DNA of 63,473 nt, counting the filler, from Olpidium bornovanus S191 (Eukaryota > Fungi > Olpidiomycota): the NCBI GenBank assembly GCA_017911155.1. It is 29 parts of 29 records of this genome, joined end to end, with 100 filler letters (N's around TTAATTAATTAA, not from the genome) between each part and the next. Parts side by side here need not be neighbours in the genome. Positions count along the whole stretch, not along the records: positions 47,628 to 49,100 come from JAEFCI010009655.1; positions 49,201 to 50,384 come from JAEFCI010003028.1; positions 50,485 to 51,987 come from JAEFCI010012330.1; positions 52,088 to 56,046 come from JAEFCI010005340.1; positions 56,147 to 57,660 come from JAEFCI010009549.1; positions 57,761 to 60,090 come from JAEFCI010008043.1; 23 more parts are not named here. The stretch is one strand, 5' to 3'. The notes beneath the pieces are model-generated. The model had not been told where the DNA came from. It was given only the letters and a program-made list of their open reading frames with translations, and did no database searches. The translations under genes were made by a program, and so were the position numbers. Shown in pieces: positions 47,628 to 58,358 of the stretch. Within the stretch, counting starts at the first letter, position 1. Every line of letters begins with the position of its first letter.

Positions 47628-49093
47628 AGCACGCCAAGCAAGAGCTCATGGCCAGAATGGCAGAGTTCTGGAACAAGACCCAGGGCCCCACCAGCGAGCT
47701 CAACGCTTCTGCTGTGGTCCTGGCCACCCTGCCCGCCGCCGAGGTCGTCCTCAGGAACGACCACCACCGGGCGTTTCTTTGACGACCTGCGCCTGAATGG
47801 TGACCTGGTCCGAGAGATCCTCCTCGACCAAACGGTCCCCAAGGCCGCATGCCTCCAAATCCGGGAGATGGCCGCCTACGGCAAGGTCATAGACGAGAGC
47901 TTCCCTCGTCTCGACGGCCCCCCTCCCGCCAGCAAACCTGCTGTGCCCCCGCCGGCCCCGTCTTTCCAGGACATCGAGATGGCCGTTGCCGCCGCTGCCA
48001 GCAAATCTGCTACCGCAACTGCGAGCTCCCCTCCTGCCGCCGCCAGCAAACCTGCTGCCGCCGCCGCAAGTCCCGCTGCCGCCAAGGCCGCAAACGCGAA
48101 AAGCAAAACTGCCGAACCCGCCGCTGCGCCGACGACGACGCCGACCAAGACGCCCGCCAGCAAACCTGCTGTGCCGCCGCCGGTCAGTACTCTGACGCCG
48201 ACGTCAAAGATGACCGCACCAGTGGTGCAGATGTCCACGACAACGGTCGCGACGAGGAAAGCTGCACCAATGGTGCAGGCTACAGTAGCAGCTGTAGTAC
48301 CGATGCCGACTCCGTCGCCGAATCCGGCCCTGAAGTCCGCGCCGAGGGTAGTGCCCCGACCCCTGCAGCCCCGGTACTACCCGCCGTCCCGCTTCCAGTC
48401 AACCGACCGCTCCCTCTCGCCCAAGGACTCGCCGCATCGATCCACAACCCGGCGAATCGTCTGGAGGTGATCGACGTCGACATGCTCGACAAGGATGCGA
48501 TAAATGGCGACGAAGATGACGCAATGTTAGCACAGGACACCGCAAACGCGATCCAAGCTGCATTGAAGCAGGCCGCTGAGGAAGAAGAAGAGAGACTTGC
48601 CTCGTATCTTCGCCAGCAACGCGACTTCGAGGAGGAGCGCGCTCGAATCGAGCGGGAACTCCAAATCAAACGGTTCTGCCTGAGCGAGCTTCAGGAGAAG
48701 CTGCGGAGGAAGGTTGCACACGAGCGTGCAAAGCGCATTGCCGTGCAGCAACATGTCGCGCAGTTCCGCGCATTGACAGGCTCTCCAGCCAAGCGTGCAG
48801 CCGTCCTCGCCGAAAAGGTCAGGGAGAAGAAGGCTAAGCGTGACCAGGCAGAACGAGAACTCGCGCAGTTGCGGGAGCAGATCCGTCAGCAGGAGGAAGC
48901 CGCAAATCGCCCGCTTACCTCTGACGACGCGGAAGATCCCTTTGTTGTGCCGGCAACGCCGCCGCACATGATGGGGCCGATTTGGAGTCGTGCAACGACA
49001 CCTCCACCGCGCCGTCCAGCAAGAATCGTTACTAGCAGTGAACGAGATCCGGGACTCCCGTCGCCGCCGCGAGGACTTCCATGGTCGCCCTAG
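47628..49093 (+). pseudogene. Intronless Ala/Pro-rich and coiled-coil ORF broken by two apparent frameshifts (possibly TE-derived)
   Basis: Protein-like text switches frame near 47770 (HAKQELMARMAEFWNK... to FFDDLRLNGDLVREILLDQ) and near 48180-48200 (back to the first frame, continuing into the coiled coil EEEEERLASYLRQQRDFEEERARIERELQ). Confidence 0.5.
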
Positions 49094-49831
49094 GGACTCC
49101 NNNNNNNNNNNNNNNNNNNNNNNNNNNNNNNNNNNNNNNNNNNNTTAATTAATTAANNNNNNNNNNNNNNNNNNNNNNNNNNNNNNNNNNNNNNNNNNNN
49201 CATGATCTTGAGATGCTTCGGATGGGAAAGGTGTAACATTTTGCGTGCGGCTGGGCACCCGTTACAGGGTGAAGATCCCCGAGTTCTGCCACCGCATCCC
49301 GCGAACTGCTGGCTCGAGCGTCGCGTCCCTGACGTTTTCCGCCGACGGGATGCGCTTGACGTCAAGTTTCCTTCCTCGTTCTGCCGTGCCTCGAACCAAA
49401 TGTGAGGGTGCACCCCGATGGTCCGTGTACGCCGGTTGGACATTAAGCCAGCTTTGCAAGATCCAGCGGCCCTCGTCGGTGCCAATGTCAGAAGCCTGTC
49501 AGCGACAGGCATCTCTCCGCGTTGGAAGAGGCTCATGAAGCAGGCGACAAAATCCAGATGATGTGCCATGGCGTCAGCGTAATCAGTTTCTGTGCTTAAA
49601 CCAGGTGGTGCACATCTGCCTTTTGTCATTTCCGGAGGATTCGTGTGCTGCCAGAAAAAAAATCACGTATCCTGTCTGGGGTCTTTCTCGTCTCTGGGCA
49701 GCCGGCCCGGTCGGAGTCGCGCGACGACTCGCAGGCTGACGTGACCCGTAGATCCTCGTTGGCACATCCCTGGGCCGAACGGTCCCATGGTTGGCTGTGA
49801 CGCTGCCCTTTAAAAGAAAGGTGCCGGGCGC

Positions 49832-49866
<35 letters not shown>

Positions 49867-50484
49867 CAACCCGCCTCTCCCACTTTTGCCGGACAATGCA
49901 TCCGCGATTGGAAAACGGGGCTCCCGAGCGGAGTCGATCGTGTGTCACACAGGCGCGGGCGAGAATCCCCAGCTTCCTCAAATTTCCGCCAACGGGAAAC
50001 AGTAACACCGGCCCAGGAAGCAACCGGGAAACACAACTATGCCAAGCACGCAGATCGCGCGCTGATCACAGATGGGCCGCCTGGCGCAAACGGGATCGTA
50101 TCAAACAGGCCGGGACGGCACCGCCGGAAAATGCTTGTTGGAGTCGGGCCCACCCGGACATGCTCAGCTTCAGCTCATTAACGCTCCGCCGTCAAAAGCG
50201 CGGCGAGGCATACCGCAGTCATCGCCCACCACCCGCTCGCCTCGGCCGTACCCGCCGCGCTCATCATGAAGGGATAAAACACGTCGGCGGGGAGCCGGGA
50301 TCCCGTGGTAGGCGGCGGGGGCCAGATCTTCTCGACGGACGTTGCGGGGGACCGGGCGAAAGTGACGGTGGACCGGACGAAGAANNNNNNNNNNNNNNNN
50401 NNNNNNNNNNNNNNNNNNNNNNNNNNNNTTAATTAATTAANNNNNNNNNNNNNNNNNNNNNNNNNNNNNNNNNNNNNNNNNNNN

Positions 50485-50522
<38 letters not shown>

Positions 50523-50706
50523 TAAGAACGGTGTCGACAGGAGCCTGGGGGGACGCAAGCGGTTCCATCCGGGCAGTTTTTCGACAGGGCCACAGGCGAA
50601 GCGGACCAGGACCCTGGGGCGGGCGGAGAACGGAACGTCGGTGTGACACTGGCGGCTCACCGAAGAGGCCAGGAAGAGACGACGCCGCGGCCCGCCGGAG
50701 ACTCAG

Positions 50707-51875
50707 ATGTCGTGGGTGTCGAAGCTCGCAAAGAACATACGGGAGGAGGCGCCGCCGCACTCGCCTTCGACCTCGCCGCCAACTTCTCCGGGCCGGGAGT
50801 TTGGCGACTGGGCACCGTCGACACAAAAGTTCAGCCCGATCACGGCCAGATCGCCCCTACCCACGCTCTCGCTCAGTGGCGTGGCCGCCAGCGCGAACGC
50901 GAACGTGACCAGGACGGATGCGAACCGCTTGGGCGGCGGCAACAACGGCGGCGACGCCGTCAGCCCGTCGGACCTGCGGAAGCCCTCGCACCCCGATGGA
51001 AAACAGCTCTACGGCGTCGCGGCTTCAACCTCCTCATCCTCTTTTGCGAGGGGCCTCATGTCAGCCGCGGCAGGTTTTGCCCAATCCGCCGCGAGCAGTG
51101 CCAGCGCCACCCTGAGCAAAGGTGCCAGCGACTGCGCCCCACCCCCGGCCGCCGGAGCTTCCGCTGTTCCTGAATCTCAGAGACGGGCGACAAAATTTAG
51201 GGAATTCGCGAAGTTGGGCCTAACTGACCCCAGCAGGTGCGTGGGCTCGACTTTGCGAGATCGATTGGTCGTTCGGGTACACATTCGTCAATGTTGATTT
51301 CGATGCGCTAGGCGGAAGTACAGCGCTTCCACGCTCAAGGCGCTCTTCAAGAAATGCCTCGAAGCGAGGACTGAAAAGGTAGAATTTTTTTTTTTCTGAG
51401 CCGTCGGAGGCGAAAGGCGACGTCTGACGCTTTACGTCCGTTTTATAGGAACGTTTTGAGTTATTTGGTGAAGTGCTGCAAGTGTATGTTGGGCTATTCG
51501 GCGATGTCGCCACGCCCAAGATTATCAGCGAAAGGTAGTGATATACGTTTTTTGGCGTCATACCTAACGCGATGGCACGGTATCTCACCTGTGTGGTTTG
51601 GCGCCATATTACAGTATGGATGATCTTCGCGGCATGACAAAAGTTCTGTCCAAATATTTTATCTACCACACCAACCGCGCGGTGGAGACGATGACCAAAG
51701 CGGAAGCCGGCGCCGGTTTGTGTGAACTTTTTTTTTTTCTGTTTGTATTTCGTAATCACCATACACGTGGCCTCGACTCAATGTGCTCTTGAGTGCAGAA
51801 CTTCTCCGGATATTACGATCAACCGAGAGGCTCTACAACGCGTTAAAGACTATTGAGCTGCTCACCGCGGGACCG
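50707..51875 (+). CDS. Uncharacterised multi-exon protein, 5' part; possible WDFY3/BEACH-type N-terminus
   Basis: In-frame splicing of 50707-51236, 51312-51379, a 14-nt micro-exon 51521-51534, an exon from 51615 and a final exon to 51875: ...RRKYSASTLKALFKKCLEARTEK|IISES|MDDLRGMTKVLSKYFIYHTNRAVETMTKAEAGAE|LLRILRSTERLYNALKTIELLTAGP. Gene structure is well supported; identity is weak. Confidence 0.6.
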
Positions 51876-52094
51876 GTAATGCTCATAACTTTTTTCGGCG
51901 CAAGCGATTCGGTCGCAGTACGATTAAAGCTAACGCCGGCGGGTCATCGCTGTCTGTACTCCGTAGGACTACGTTTTCGAAGTCATGNNNNNNNNNNNNN
52001 NNNNNNNNNNNNNNNNNNNNNNNNNNNNNNNTTAATTAATTAANNNNNNNNNNNNNNNNNNNNNNNNNNNNNNNNNNNNNNNNNNNNCATGCAC

Positions 52095-52375
52095 GCATCT
52101 TCTTTTTTTTACGGGCAAATCTTTTTTTTTTTCGACGTGCGAATCTTCTTTTTTTTGCGACGTGCGAATCTCCTTTTTTTTGCGACTTGCGAATCGTCTT
52201 TTTTCCCGACGGGCGCATCTTCCTTTTAAGGGCATATCTTCCTTTGACGTACGCATCTTCTTTTTTTGCAACGGGCTCATCTTTTTTGCGACGCGCAAAT
52301 CTTCATTTTTTTTGCGACCTGCGAATCTTTTTTTTTGGCGACGTGCGACGCTTCTTTTTTTGCGATGTGCGCGCG
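52095..52375. repeat. Degenerate tandem array of about 11 units of about 23 bp (T-tract + gcgacgtgcgaatcttc)
   Basis: Repeated ttttttgcgac[g/t/c]tgcgaatc variants. Confidence 0.85.
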
Positions 52376-53211
52376 CGCGCGGAAATTAATCTTTTTTCGA
52401 TGCGCAGTTTGTTTCTGGGAGCGGCCCGGGATCTACGAAAAAAAAAACGAGAAATGTCTACCGGGACGCGATCGAAAACTTTCATCGAACCGCCAGGACG
52501 CAAAATTTCCGCCGTCCCGCACAAAAAATCCCCCCATCCCCACTCGCGGCGCGCTCGCGCGTTGCAGAGCGTACATTTATTACTTGAAATTAGACAGAAC
52601 GCATCAAACGTGATTGACCGCGAGCTCAGTTCAGACCGGTTGTGCTCGCAGCCGTAAACGTCAAACTCAGTCCCGGTTTCTGCAGGAAACAGAGAGACCC
52701 CGTTTTTCCTGGGGGCCCCCACCGACGCGGAGGTGTTTTGGCAAAGCTCCTCTTTTGTTTCTCCAAGAAGGGGGTGGGACATTAAACTCCGGAAAAGAAA
52801 AAAAAAAAACTCTCCGTTTAGCTCCTGGTGGTTTGTGGCGGTGTGGGCGAGTGGTGTGGTGTGGGCGGGAGGGTGATGTACTTCTTCGGCGGCGTAATTC
52901 TTTTGGGGGAAGGTATATTAAGATTTGAACCTAATATAGAGTTACATTATCTTTCCCGCTATAATTAGTATCTTAAAGTTCGAATCTTATTTGGTTACAT
53001 ATTATACCTTGAGTAATATTTTAATGTAAATGATACAATAAGATTCAGACTGATATAGTTTATATTTATTGCAGCATCTATGTTGTCCACCTTTAGTTTA
53101 GCTGGTGAGCCGCCGACGTGTTTTGGGGAAGTGAGGAACCTTTGGTTTCAATTATTTCTTTTATTGTTTTTGAGGGAGGGAAGGGAAAAGGGACGGGCTG
53201 GGCGATCTTGC

Positions 53212-53746
53212 GCTGCGTGTGTCGATGCCGACTACGCCGACCGCAAGGAGACACGTAGGTCTACCAGCCGACATAGTACTTCTGCTCGCAGGCGGCGCCG
53301 CGAGTTGGCACAACCGAAGGCAAAAATTTGTGTCAACTTTGACCACCGGCAAAATACATTTCGCTCGCCGAGGCCGCGAAGGAAGCCATCTGGCGTCGCA
53401 ATCTCCTTGGCGAGCTGGGCACTCGCTCTCCCGCAATCACCAATCGCGAAGACTACTCCTGCTCGCACAGCATCGGACAAATCATTCCCGCTCGAAGCAC
53501 ATTGACATCTGGTGGCACTTTGTCCGAGCGCGCCGACATCATCCGGAAATCCGAAACCACCGCGAATGTTCTCGCTTGTTGCAAGCACGAGCGGCACACC
53601 TCCGACTTGAGAATAGTTGCACCTACAGAGATATAGTGACGACGTCACAAACGCTCCGCTCTCCTGCACCTCGTGTTTTACTTCGTTTTCATTTTTGTCA
53701 ATAATGATTCCGTCGGAACCATGGCGACCGGTCAAGCGAGGGGGAA
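53212..53746 (+). mobile_element. Ty1/copia retrotransposon remnant: frameshifted RNase H region and polypurine tract
   Basis: CVDADYADRKETRRSTS / LLAGGAASWHNRRQKFVSTLTT / AKYISLAEAAKEAIW / SKHIDIWWHFVR spread across shifted frames; PPT-like gagggggaa at 53738-53746. Confidence 0.88.
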
Positions 53747-53871
53747 TGTAGTAGTAGTCTCCGCATGTAAACGCTCTCTCGGCCTGCAGGACTTTGGTCG
53801 GCACCCGTTCCGCACCCCAATATAAACCGGATATAAACCAATTGACAAAATACCCGGGTAACTCTGGCACA
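53747..53871 (+). mobile_element. Putative LTR or LTR fragment (TG...CA) containing two TATAAA motifs
   Basis: Starts TGTAGTAG immediately after the PPT; candidate CA end at 53870-53871; TATAAA at 53821 and 53832. The 3' end is uncertain. Confidence 0.45.
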
Positions 53872-54177
53872 TTCGTAAACCCCTTAGCCGTGAAATCAAT
53901 GTGCGGGGCGTCAAGGGGCTTTGGTGAATATGTCAGCAAACAGTTTCTCCGCCGGCAGCACCACGTGGGGTGGTTCCGAAAGCGTCCCGTCCCGTTCTTT
54001 TCCGGCGTTCTTTCTCTCACAAACTTCGTCCCGCGGGGAAATCCGGGCGGGAAAGACGGAGGGAACTGGCAAGGGGCGGAGGTCCCTGTCCTGCTTTGTT
54101 TGCCCCGCGAAACGGTCCACCTGCCGCCGGCTCCCGCGTCCGGGTTTCCGCGCGCGCGCATACTCCCCCCCCCGGAC

Positions 54178-56046
54178 ATGTCCTCGTCTTCAACGGAGCA
54201 TCTCGACTCGCCGGAAAAGGTCGCCGCGTTTGTCGACAGCCTAGACACATTCCTGTTCGATTGCGACGGTGAGAAGCGGAACGGGGGAGGGGGTCCGTTT
54301 TTTGGGGCTCCTGTAAGTGTTCCGGCCGCATAACCGGACTGAAGCGGAAGCAAACCGCGTCTCGCGAACGATTGCAACTACCGAGGTTCCTTTTTAACGC
54401 GGAGCGAGGCCACCCCCCTCTGCTACGCTGCCAGGCGTCATATGGCGCGGTGATCACGCCATCCCCGGGGTCGTAGAGACGTTGGCGAAGCTGCGTTCAA
54501 AGGGTAATGAAGTTGCGGCCGCCAGATCGCGTATTCGCTTACGAGGTTGGCGCTCGGTCGCAGCATTTGACTGCCCGGAGGGCCTTCCTCCCACGCCGCC
54601 GAACGCTGTATATCTTCCAGGCAAAAGAATCCTATTTGTGAGCAACAACAGCACCAAGAGCCGTGCGAGTTATCTTAAGAAGTTCACCGGGCTTGGCATC
54701 CAAGCAACAGAGGTGGAACACCGCCGCGCCCGGAAGCGCCGCACAGCGTTTTGCCGTCGCCCTCGCTGTGCTGATGCGGCCTTAACTGTTTAGGAGGAGA
54801 TATTCGGCTCGGCATACGCCACGGCGTATTATTTGCGCCACGGTCTGAACTTTCCGAATTCCAAGAGAGTATACGTAATTGGACAGTCGGGGATCCAGGA
54901 GGAACTGGCAAACGAGGGAATCGAGTCGTGCGGCGCGGAGGTGTGCCAGACGCAGTGGCCTCGTACGGCGAGTCTGGGGAACGCCCTCCCATTTTTTGTA
55001 ACGAGTTGATGCAAAACAGGACGACAAGGAGAATGTTACAGTGGAAAACTTGCACACCATCCAACCGGATCCCAGCGTAGGAATCCTGCCCCCTTTCCTC
55101 CCCCTCCCGACCAATCTCGTTGCTTCCTCGCGGTTTCCTAAACCGTTAGACCCTCGTGCGTTAGATCGGCGCGGTTATTACGGGCTTCGACATCCATTTC
55201 AACTACAAAAAGCTGTCCAAGGCGTTCACGTACCTCAAGTCTAACCCGGAGTGCGTGTTCCTGGCGACGAACGACGACAACACCTTTCCGATGGCAGGAC
55301 AGATATTTCCGGGTTGGCTACCTCGAATTATTTTATTTGGTTTGCTGGTAAAGATACTCATCACCCTTCCTCCCCCCTTTCCCACCCTCACTGCGATCCG
55401 TTCATGCAACTCAGGATCCGGGTCGTTTGTCGCTGCACTGGCGGCATGTACGGGGATCAAGCCGAAAGTTTTGGGAAAGCCGCACCAGAGTATGCTCGAC
55501 TGCATTATACAAAAGTAAGTGTCAGTCGAGCCGCCGGTGAAGGCGGTATCTGCGACCCAGAATGCCTCACCGCCACCCTCCCTCCCCCTCCCCTTGAAGT
55601 CGGACGCCGGTTGAACGCACTCTTTCTTTCGCATACAGGTACAAACTTGAGGTCCAACGAACATGCATGGTTGGAGACCGGTGGGTGTTCAGGGGCGCCA
55701 AGGCAGGCCATCGCTGCTCGGAGATGCCTTTTCTTTTAAGCTTTGTGCGGGGACCTTTCCTTTTGTCCCTCGTACACTGACAGTTTTCGTCGCACACCGC
55801 ATGGGTTCCGCAGGTTGAACACCGACATCCAGTTTGGGCACCACGGCGGGCTGAAGACCTTGGCAGTGTCAACAGGCCAGTGCGCTGCGTGCCCTTTGTG
55901 TGACACCAAATGGGGGAGAACGCGTCATGTCCCGATTTGGTGCGGTCTCTCACTCCGTTCCGCACGATCAAATCATATTATCTGCCGTCCACAGGTGTCT
56001 CGCTTGAGACGGAGATCCTCGACCCATTGCAGCCTATCAAACCCGA
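54178..56046 (+). CDS. PHO13: HAD-IIA 4-nitrophenyl/phosphoglycolate phosphatase (Pho13-like), multi-exon, 3' end in gap
   Basis: DTFLFDCD|GVIW (motif I), FVSNNSTKSR (motif II), EEIFGSAYATA, FLATNDD, LGKP, MVGDR|LNTDIQFG (motif IV), joined by GT-AG introns. Confidence 0.92.
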
Positions 56047-56146
56047 NNNNNNNNNNNNNNNNNNNNNNNNNNNNNNNNNNNNNNNNNNNNTTAATTAATT
56101 AANNNNNNNNNNNNNNNNNNNNNNNNNNNNNNNNNNNNNNNNNNNN

Positions 56147-57110
56147 CATGCGTGACGTTTTTGCCGAGGTACTCCTGGGCGATCTCCTTCATCTTGGCAA
56201 GGATCATCCCAGAAATTTCCTCGGGAGTGAAAACCTTGTCCTTGCCCTTGACCTTGACCTGAATTGCCGGCTTGCTATCCTTTTCAATAACTTTGAAAGG
56301 GAAATGTTTGATGTCCTGCTGTACTTCCTTGTCCGTGAATTTGCGACCGATAAGTCGCTTCGCGTCGAAGACGGTGTTCGCGGGGTTGTTTGCCATCTGG
56401 TTCTTTGCGGCGTTGCCGACCAACCTGGAAATCGAGTTGGAAATTAGGACACTATGTCTGTTCTAAACAGAACGTTCTTATACGTAAGAGCGAAGGAAGG
56501 ATCTTCACCTGCCCTCGTCGGTAAATGCAACATAAGAAGGGGTAATGCGGTCTCCTTGGTCATTGGGAATAATTTCCACACCGTTCTTGAAGACGGCAAC
56601 ACAAGAGTATGTGGTGCCCAAGTCAATGCCGACGACTATTTCAAAACCGGTCGCAAAAGAAGAGACCGAAGAGAAGATTTTAGCAACGCCACAAATGTCA
56701 AATGTTTGACGGCCAGGAGACAGATGGCAATGTAACAAGAATCAGGCTTGGATTGAAGATACGCATTTTGCCTTTGTGGATTATTTTTGTTCTAGAGTAA
56801 TGCAAAATCATGATTCTATCCGTGTGACTATTACCACACTCCTTTGTTCGGGTCACATACAAACTACCTAGACTGAACGCCCCACCATTTACGCTCAACA
56901 GGACGCGACCGGGGAAAAAAGCTTTCTATCGCCAATTTTTCTCTCCTTTAAATTTCACCGCTCACCTGTCCCATAGGCTCCTTTCTCCGCGTCCTCCTTG
57001 GCGGCCGACGTGTGGCAGGGTGCCGCGGCGAGGAAAAGCGCGGCTGCGGCCACCGCGACGAAAAACCCCCTGCTCAAAATGCTCCCCCCGCCCCCCCGTG
57101 GCAAAAGCAT
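56147..57110 (-). CDS. KAR2: ER Hsp70 chaperone BiP, 5' part (signal-peptide exon 57110-56966; exon 2 from 56635; exon 3 to gap)
   Basis: Signal peptide, then [39 protein letters not shown] and AAKNQ...[14 protein letters not shown]...[16 protein letters not shown]. Confidence 0.9.
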
Positions 57111-57145
<35 letters not shown>

Positions 57146-58358
57146 CTGTGGAGCGGCAAGCAGTAGAAGACACGGCGAAGCTTGCGCTGGAAGTCGCCTT
57201 TGTAAGTTCCCGCGCGATGGGGGCCACGAGGAGGGGACGGTGGGAAGAAGAGGGTGGCGTCGGGTAACGTGGGGGAGCGGGTGGGCAAGCGAGACGCACA
57301 CAGAAGGCCCGGGGGAAGAGGGGGTGTCAAACCTTGCATTTTTGGCCGCAGTGCACCATTTTATTTGACCGTGGAATTGAGAATGAATTATGCGCGGAAG
57401 AACCTCCCTGCTCCGAACGTCAAACCTTCCGCGAGACTGATACAGTTGTCCCTCGGATGACTTATCGCCCTGGTGGAGGCCTGACCTTACAAGTTACGTG
57501 AAATTACGAGTCACCTGAATCTTTGGTTCTTTTTTGGATCGTGATGACGTGGGAGGAAAGACATCTACAGGATTTACAAACTGACTGCCATACAGTGGAG
57601 AAAGGCAGCAGCACTGGAGGAAATCTCAGCAGCAACGGTGAAAAACTACTGTCGTCATGCNNNNNNNNNNNNNNNNNNNNNNNNNNNNNNNNNNNNNNNN
57701 NNNNTTAATTAATTAANNNNNNNNNNNNNNNNNNNNNNNNNNNNNNNNNNNNNNNNNNNNTCCGGCTGCTCACCGAGAGGAGCGGGCAAATGGGAGGCGC
57801 AGAGGGGCTTCAATGGTCCACCCGCCCCCTTGACGTTTACCCGAGGTCTGCCTTTGTCAGTGGGCCAAGCGCGTACCCATGCTGATAAATGGTAATCGCC
57901 ACACGAGAATTTCCTAAACTCGTGGCATTCGCTGCCCGCACTGGGCCAAGCTATAGTCCGTACATTTAGCCCCGCTCACCCCGCATCCGCACGGTGAGGT
58001 GAAACCACTCGTGGAAATAAATTCCGGCCCATGCGGACCTGTTCCGGCGATCGAGAACTCGCTACTTTCAGTTGCTCTTCGCTGTCCTGTCGGCAGCATT
58101 AGAAACCTTTGCCTTCCAAACACGTCTCATGACAACTGAATGGTTCGGCGCGACCGCTCACTGTGTAAGGGAGAAGTGATACTCCGCCATGCCGTGCCAT
58201 CTGAATTGGTCGCAGATAAAATGTTGCGCGCGCTAGAATTTTGGAAGCCCCCGGTAAGAGGAAGTCGTATATCTGAACCAACGCAGGATGTTGCGGGGTC
58301 AGAAAACCAACGACCACGCTTAGAACTGATGCAACTCGTTACACCGCAGAGAATCAGT

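Noticed and set aside
49245-49290. ELM2-like motif (RLGTRYRVKIPEF)
   Set aside because: The match is too short, with no supporting downstream helix or SANT domain and no clear splice structure.
53232-54377. 381-aa minus-strand ORF as a gene
   Set aside because: It runs antisense across the PHO13 first exon, the LTR-like segment and the copia remnant, with no coherent domain.
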